This document shows, in pieces, positions 58,458 through 64,000 of a stretch of 64,000 nucleotides of DNA. The stretch is from Cercozoa sp. M6MM (lineage: Eukaryota > Protista > Endomyxa: Ascetosporea): NCBI GenBank assembly GCA_040357565.1, contig JBDODJ010000052.1, one strand, 5' to 3'. Numbering within the stretch: position 1 is the first letter of the stretch; the number at the start of each line of letters is the position of its first letter. Under the pieces are notes generated by a model. That model was not told where the DNA came from. It did not search any database and was given only the letters and a program-made list of their open reading frames with translations. A program made the translations under genes and the position numbers.

Positions 58458-58864
58458 TGCTACTGCACACTTTCAGTAGTTATTGCTCTTGCCCGTCCGC
58501 GTGGAGTCATAATCCATGTCTCAAACAAGTTTGAGACTGGTGACTCAGTGGATTGCTATTGCTGTAGATCTTGCGGGACAGAGTCCTTGCCGAAGCAGAA
58601 AGCTCCGTCACGGCTTCAGCCTGGTCAGTTAGCTTATTGGCTGGTTTCCATTCCGCTCACTTCGTCGTGTGTTCACAGGTGGAGTTTTTCTTAAACGCAC
58701 TGATACAACCAAGGACGTCTTCCTTCGATCGAGATCCAGTGGGATCATCTCGAGACCCAGTTCCGTTCTACACGTTGACTGAGTGACGACTTATCTAACT
58801 GAACGATTTATTTAGTCTCTCCTTTCCATTACTGCGCTGATAGGGCCATTGAGCCGCAGTAACA
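58458..58864 (-). mobile_element. Solo-LTR-like / MITE-like element, copy B (407 bp, diverged)
   Basis: The minus strand starts TGTTACTGCGGCTCAATGGCC and ends ACTACTGAAAGTGTGCAGTAGCA. It is colinear with copy A at both ends and in the ACTGGGTCTC..GATCCCACTGGATCTC core. The 4-bp flanks (TACC / TAAA) do not match each other. Confidence 0.72.
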
Positions 58865-58966
58865 GGTATCAGCCCGAGTTACGGCGTGGTACATACGCGT
58901 AACAAACACAAATTAAAAACGATGGCCGGCGGGACAGAATGGCCGGCGGCCCGGCCTTGTCGTAGA

Positions 58967-61900
58967 TCACGACGTGTTTCCGCTGGCAGTGCCGGGTCGT
59001 GCGGGAGTAGGTGTCGAGGGCGCTCGTGCCGGCAATGACGGGTGCGATGCGTGCGACACAAGAGAGAGCACACTGACGTCGCTGATGTCACTGGAGACAC
59101 TATCGCGACGTGCACGCCTGGCCGGTGTCGACAGTGACTGCTGCTGCTGTTGCTGCTGCAGCCGCTCGGAACGGCGGCGCAGGTCAGCGATCAGTCGCTC
59201 CTTGATGGCGGTGGGAGTCTCGCCGCTCTGCCGGGCGAGACGTGCCACGTGCATGCGGAGTTCCTTCGGACCATGGCGTTTCAGCCACTCTGCAGCAGTC
59301 GAATGTATATTGCAAGAATGTATATGAGACGGAAAGGCTACGAGCCAGTTGATGTCCTTGGCCGACGACGGTGAAGTTCTCGCTGCCATGCCACTTGATC
59401 GTGCACTTGCGCTCACCGAACCTGAAGACAGCTTCGTTGTCGTTTTTGTTGACCTTGCTGCAGCAGAGAAACATCACAGCTCAAGTAAAGTTCAGCATGC
59501 ATGACAAGAAGGAACATAGGGACGAGGTACTTGTCATCCGTGTTGTAGAGCAGCTTGAGTGGACACTCGATTTCAAGAAGCACCTCGGCGGCGTACTTCT
59601 TGACCGCGTCAAAGAGCGCCTTGTGGTGCTTGAACAGGCGGTGTTTCCTGCCGCCACTGGCGCTGCTTGTTGCGTTCGCCGACGACGACGAGAAACTCGG
59701 AGCACGTGCCGGAGTTATGGCGTCGGAAGGCCGTCGACCTCGTGTGCTACGATGACCCGTACTAGCTGGTGGTGTCATCTACAACGGTACGGGTATAGTA
59801 CAATGGTAAGATATTAATATATATATATATATATGTACATAATTTAGAGAGAGTGGGTACAGCAGACATGCGCCTCCTGATAGGACGAGGCGGCGACGTC
59901 GCGCTCAGCTGCTGCACGAGATCCTCGTTGCGCCGCTTTTGCAGCTCCAACTGTGCCGTCACTTCCTGCAGCTTCCCCTGCAGCCTCTCCTTGTCGGCAC
60001 TCAGTCCTGGACACACGCCGCACGCACATGCACAGCACGCGCACGTTACCAGAAAAAGAGTACTCTGAGAGTCACGCCGTAGCTTCTGCAGCTGCTCAAA
60101 GTGGCCACTCGACGCAGTTGCGGTGGGTGCTTGTTCTGCAACATATACATAACGATAATACATGCACATGTATGTCTATTCTCTCTCCACCTATCTAAAC
60201 ACAGAGAGACAGAGGTACCAGTCTCGACAGCCGGTGAGGAAGGCGCAGCCACCGCCTGCAGCAGCATGCGCTTGTCGTCGGCGAGCGAGACGGTGACCGC
60301 ATGGGCACGGTGCGCTTGTGCGCCCAGTGCACGCACGCGTCGCTGCAGTCGCTCCGTCTCGTTGACGACGCGCGTGAGCTGCCGCTCGGCCGTCTCATGT
60401 CGTCCGGTCGTGTTGCGCGACGACTCCAGCAGCACTTGGCGCAGACGTTCGCTCTGCTCCGATTGCAGCTCCAATTTCAACTCAGCCTGTGGTCATAACA
60501 CAGGGGAGGGTACATAGTTTACGTATATATAGTTGACTCAAGCACAAAAACAGACACACCTGCTCAGCGCGACGTCGCTCGGACTCGAGTCGCTCCTGCA
60601 TAGAGTTGAAGCGCTTGATGCTCACCTGCCGGCGAATCTGCAGACTGCGGCACTTGAGATCGATCACATGTGCCTTGGCTTCCGTCAGCTGCTGCAGCTC
60701 GGCGAACTTTTGCTCCTGACCAAACCATATCGATCGATATACGTATCTCTTATATATATACGTATAGATAGATACGGATATAGTATGTTGTACCAGACTC
60801 TGATTGAAGGTGTGCACACGCGCAGCGATACGATCGGCCGTGTCGTAGTCGGCGTGCCTACGTGCGAGTGCCTCGGCCTGCCACTGATCGGCCTCGGACA
60901 GAGCGTCGTCAAAGTCGCGCTGCAGTCGGTCGCACTGCTCGGCCAGGTCGTAGTTCTCATCCTGCACAATGCACACATACACAAACACACAGGCCCTAGC
61001 TTCTACGTTTTTCATGCAGAGTTACTACCTCGGTCTGCTCGATCTTACTGCGCATAAGACTGAGCATTTCGCCGTCTAAAACACAGACACACATCGCTGA
61101 TTAGGTCGCTTTGTAGCAACAAGAAAAGTACGCTTCTGAAACTTGGCAGTCAACTTCTCATTCTGCGCTTCCTTGGCCTAAAAATATGCACGTACATATA
61201 ATACATATAGATACATGTATATGTGCGTATGTAGACATAGGAGAGACATACGGCATAGGCACGTCGAAGTCGCTGCACCTGGCTCTCCTGTCGGGCAGCC
61301 TGCTCGCGCAGCTTAGCGCACTCCTCGTTGGACAGCTTGGACTGCAGCAGCAGCGACTCGCGCTCCTCGTCGGCCAGTCGCTGGTCCTCTTGCAGACGCG
61401 CAACCTCCTCGCGCAGCACACGCAGCTCCTCGCTCTCCACAGAGACACTCGAGTCCGTCTGGGTCACACGCAGAAATCAAACAGAGACAGGAAGAGGCTA
61501 CAGGCCAAGTACACGACTGGTACATAAGGCAAAAGCTACCGGCGTGCGGCTGTCGGCGTCAACTGAGACAGCAGCGGCGTCCTTGAGCTGCGAGTGACGC
61601 AAGCTGTCGCGGCGCCGGCGTAGTCGCTTCTGTAACACACACCAAGGCTGTACCCAACCCTGCTAACTGTACAAACTTAAGAGTACCTCGGCTTGCTGCT
61701 CGCGCTCGACAGCATCGTGTTTCTCCTTGGTGGCCAGTTGCAGCAGTGCCTGCAGCTGCGTCTGCTCGTCCTGCGACTCGCTCAACTGACGGTTCGCAGC
61801 GTTGAGTTTCTGTCGCAGCGAACTCGACAGAACGCGCTCTGTCTCGAGATCAGTCGTGAGTGACTCGCGCACCGACTCGAGTTCAATGCGATCGCTTCTG

Positions 61901-64000
61901 GCGACAGCGAGCGACTTGAAGGCCAGTCGCACCGTGCTCCTCAGCTGTGCCAGGTCGGTCACGTTGGCAGCCATCGCAGTAACATGTGCTGCACGCAGCG
62001 AGTCAAGTTGCTCGCGCAGCTTCACTGCTTCCTCGAGCAGTTGCTTTCCTTCACGCTGCGTGTACAGAGCACAGCACATCAGCTTCACCGCAAAGATCTT
62101 GTGACACAAGCTACCTCAAATGTCTCCAGTTGAGTCACGCGAGCTTTCGCTTCGGCAAGCTGCGCAGTCACCTCTTTGTTCGCACTCGTCGCAGCGAGCA
62201 GCTGCTCGTGCAGATCTCTTGCGGCAGCGCTGCGTTCTTGCAAGTCCGACTCGAGCGACTGCAACTTCGCCTGGGTTTCGTCGCGGTCCGCTTTCGCTTC
62301 GTCCAAAAGCTTTGCAAGCGACTCGTTCTCCGACTGCGACAAACGGAAAACTTTACGACTTTCGGTATTGTTCCAAGAGGCGAAAGCACCTCAACAGAAA
62401 GCAAACGACGCACTTCGGCATCGGCAACTTCCAATTTCGTAGAAAGCGCCTCACGCTGCTGGTGTAATTTCGACTCCTCGCTTTGTGCAGTGTTAAGCTT
62501 CGCCTGCAAAACACAGCGTGAGACACGAAGCAACCCCAACGACGGAACCAAGTACCTGCAGGTCGTTAATGTCGTTTTCTTTCTCTCGCTCGGCAGCTTC
62601 AATTCGTTGCAAAGCTTCGTCTCTTTCGGCGATTGCACTTTCGAGCTTTTGTGTAACGTCACTCAGCTGCTTCTGTTTTAATTGAGTGTGTGAAATGAAA
62701 GAGAGTGATAAGGGCAGTTGACAATTCGAGTTAAGTCGGAGTTACATTGAGATTTTCGAGTGCGCTGCTGTGAGCTTCTTGCTTTAACTGCAGTTGCTGT
62801 TGCGTCTCTGTTCGCTGCTTTTCGAACTCGTCGCGCTCTTTCCTCAGCTGAAGCAACTCTTGATTCAGAGACTGTGCTTTCGCTTCTGCACTCTGCAGTT
62901 GTGTTCGAAGCGTATCGCGCACTTGCTTAAGTTCCGCGACGGTGTTTTCGAGCTCTTTCGCCTGCGCCTCAGTTTCGCTTAAGTCACGGATTCGTGTTTC
63001 GGCCGACGCGAGTGCCGCTTCAACCTTCGCGTGCTTCGCCAAAAGCTGCGAAGCCGAAGTTCGCGCTGCTCGCAACTCGCTCTGCGTGAAGGCGACGGCT
63101 TCGTCGAGCGAGGCGGCGTGCGACTTCGCTTGCTGCAGCTGCGTCTTGAGGCGCTCGGTGTGACTGGCGTCTCCCACGGCGATCTGCTCGCGAAGCAGCA
63201 GCACCAGGCGCAGTGCTGCAAGATAGCAGTGAAAGCACAGCAGCGAAAGCAGAAAACAGTGAAAGCAGGTGGTGAAAGCAACAGTGAAAGCAGGTGGTGA
63301 AAGCAACAGTGAAAGCAGGTGGTGAAAGCAGGTGGTGAAAGCAACAGTGAAAGCATAACAGTGAAGGCATAACAGTTTAAAAAAGAATGACAGCGAGGAT
63401 CAAACCAAAGTGACGCAGCTTGTGATCACACTCGAGCGGCGACTCGTCCGAACCAGTTTCGCTGATGCGACGACACAACTCGTCGATTTCAGCGTTGAGT
63501 TTCTGCTGTCGCTCTTCCTTGAGCGGCTGCCCCGAGACGTCGACTTTCGCACTCACGAGCGCACGAAACTCGCGTGCCACTTGCCTCAGCGAGATTCGCT
63601 CGTTCGCTGCATAGGCACGCAGCAGCGAGCTGCCCCACGCACACCCACACACTCAATAATCGACAATGAAAGCAGCGAAATTTCGTTCAACCCATCCAAC
63701 ATACACTGCTTGCGTCGTGCGCTGCTGCGCATCGTTTTGCGCCTGTTGTGAGTCGCACAACGCTCGCTCCAAGCGCTCGATGCGGTGTCTTGACCGGTTC
63801 ACCTCCTCTGAAGGCAACATAAATTGCCTCATAGAACTGGAAGCGATCAAGCGATCGAAATGATGTCCTCCTTACCTTCTTGCCTCTGCTGTTGCCGAGA
63901 CTGCTGAGACGACCGCAACCGGTTAACGGCGCTAACCGCGGTGATGACAAAGATGACGAGCACCCAGGCCGGGACTTGCGCCAACAATGACGCATCGCTT
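58967..64000 (-). CDS. Long coiled-coil protein with possible C-terminal GAS2/GAR-like domain (5' end outside window)
   Basis: Many E/Q/L/A/R-rich heptad exons separated by GT-AG introns. The C-terminus VFRFGERKCTIKW..FTVVGQG..AEWLKRHGP is followed by a Ser/Pro/Arg tail ending GNTS-TGA. Confidence 0.75.
63228..63375. repeat. Intronic minisatellite built on the core GTGAAAGCA with alternating ACA/GGTG spacers
   Basis: About 11 degenerate units, read directly. Confidence 0.9.

Noticed and set aside
58560-58786. Apparent small spliced gene between patatin and the coiled-coil gene
   Set aside because: It lies inside element copy B, has no credible start, and no reading frame resembles a protein.
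61975-61984. CGCAGTAACA, identical to the element terminus
   Set aside because: It is inside a coding exon with no further similarity, so it is a chance match.
51009-63375. 19-bp repeat and GTGAAAGCA array as CRISPR-like arrays
   Set aside because: No unique spacers, no cas genes and a eukaryotic context; these are ordinary minisatellites.

Overview
Gene-dense, intron-rich eukaryotic (protist-like) nuclear DNA. It uses the standard genetic code, and every intron I traced is a short GT-AG intron (typically 50-100 nt). The ORF track is mostly exon fragments and antisense noise, so I rebuilt gene models by hand. I find 19 protein-coding genes: STE20-like kinase (5'-truncated), M14 carboxypeptidase, clathrin heavy chain, Sel1-repeat protein, WDR89-like WD40, RCC1+TBC Rab-GAP, two orphans, Sec61-beta, JMJD4-like, sterol desaturase/CH25H-like, SDH1, PIMT-like, VPS9 protein, UBE3C-like HECT ligase, ankyrin protein, AMPK-gamma, patatin and a long coiled-coil protein (5'-truncated). 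Main non-coding observations: (1) two diverged copies of a TGT...CA-bounded, solo-LTR/MITE-like element (40788-41028 with 10-bp terminal inverted repeats and a TACA target-site duplication; 58458-58864 on the minus strand), each sitting in the small gap between two convergent 3' ends; (2) near-perfect strand alternation of genes (17 of 18 junctions switch strand); (3) one gene whose introns are largely made of telomere-like GGGTAA/GGGGTAAA arrays; (4) sense-strand (TG)n bias and internal tandem duplications in introns. No rRNA, tRNA or CRISPR was seen. CDS coordinates are whole-gene spans including introns. All family calls come from motif recognition, not database searches.
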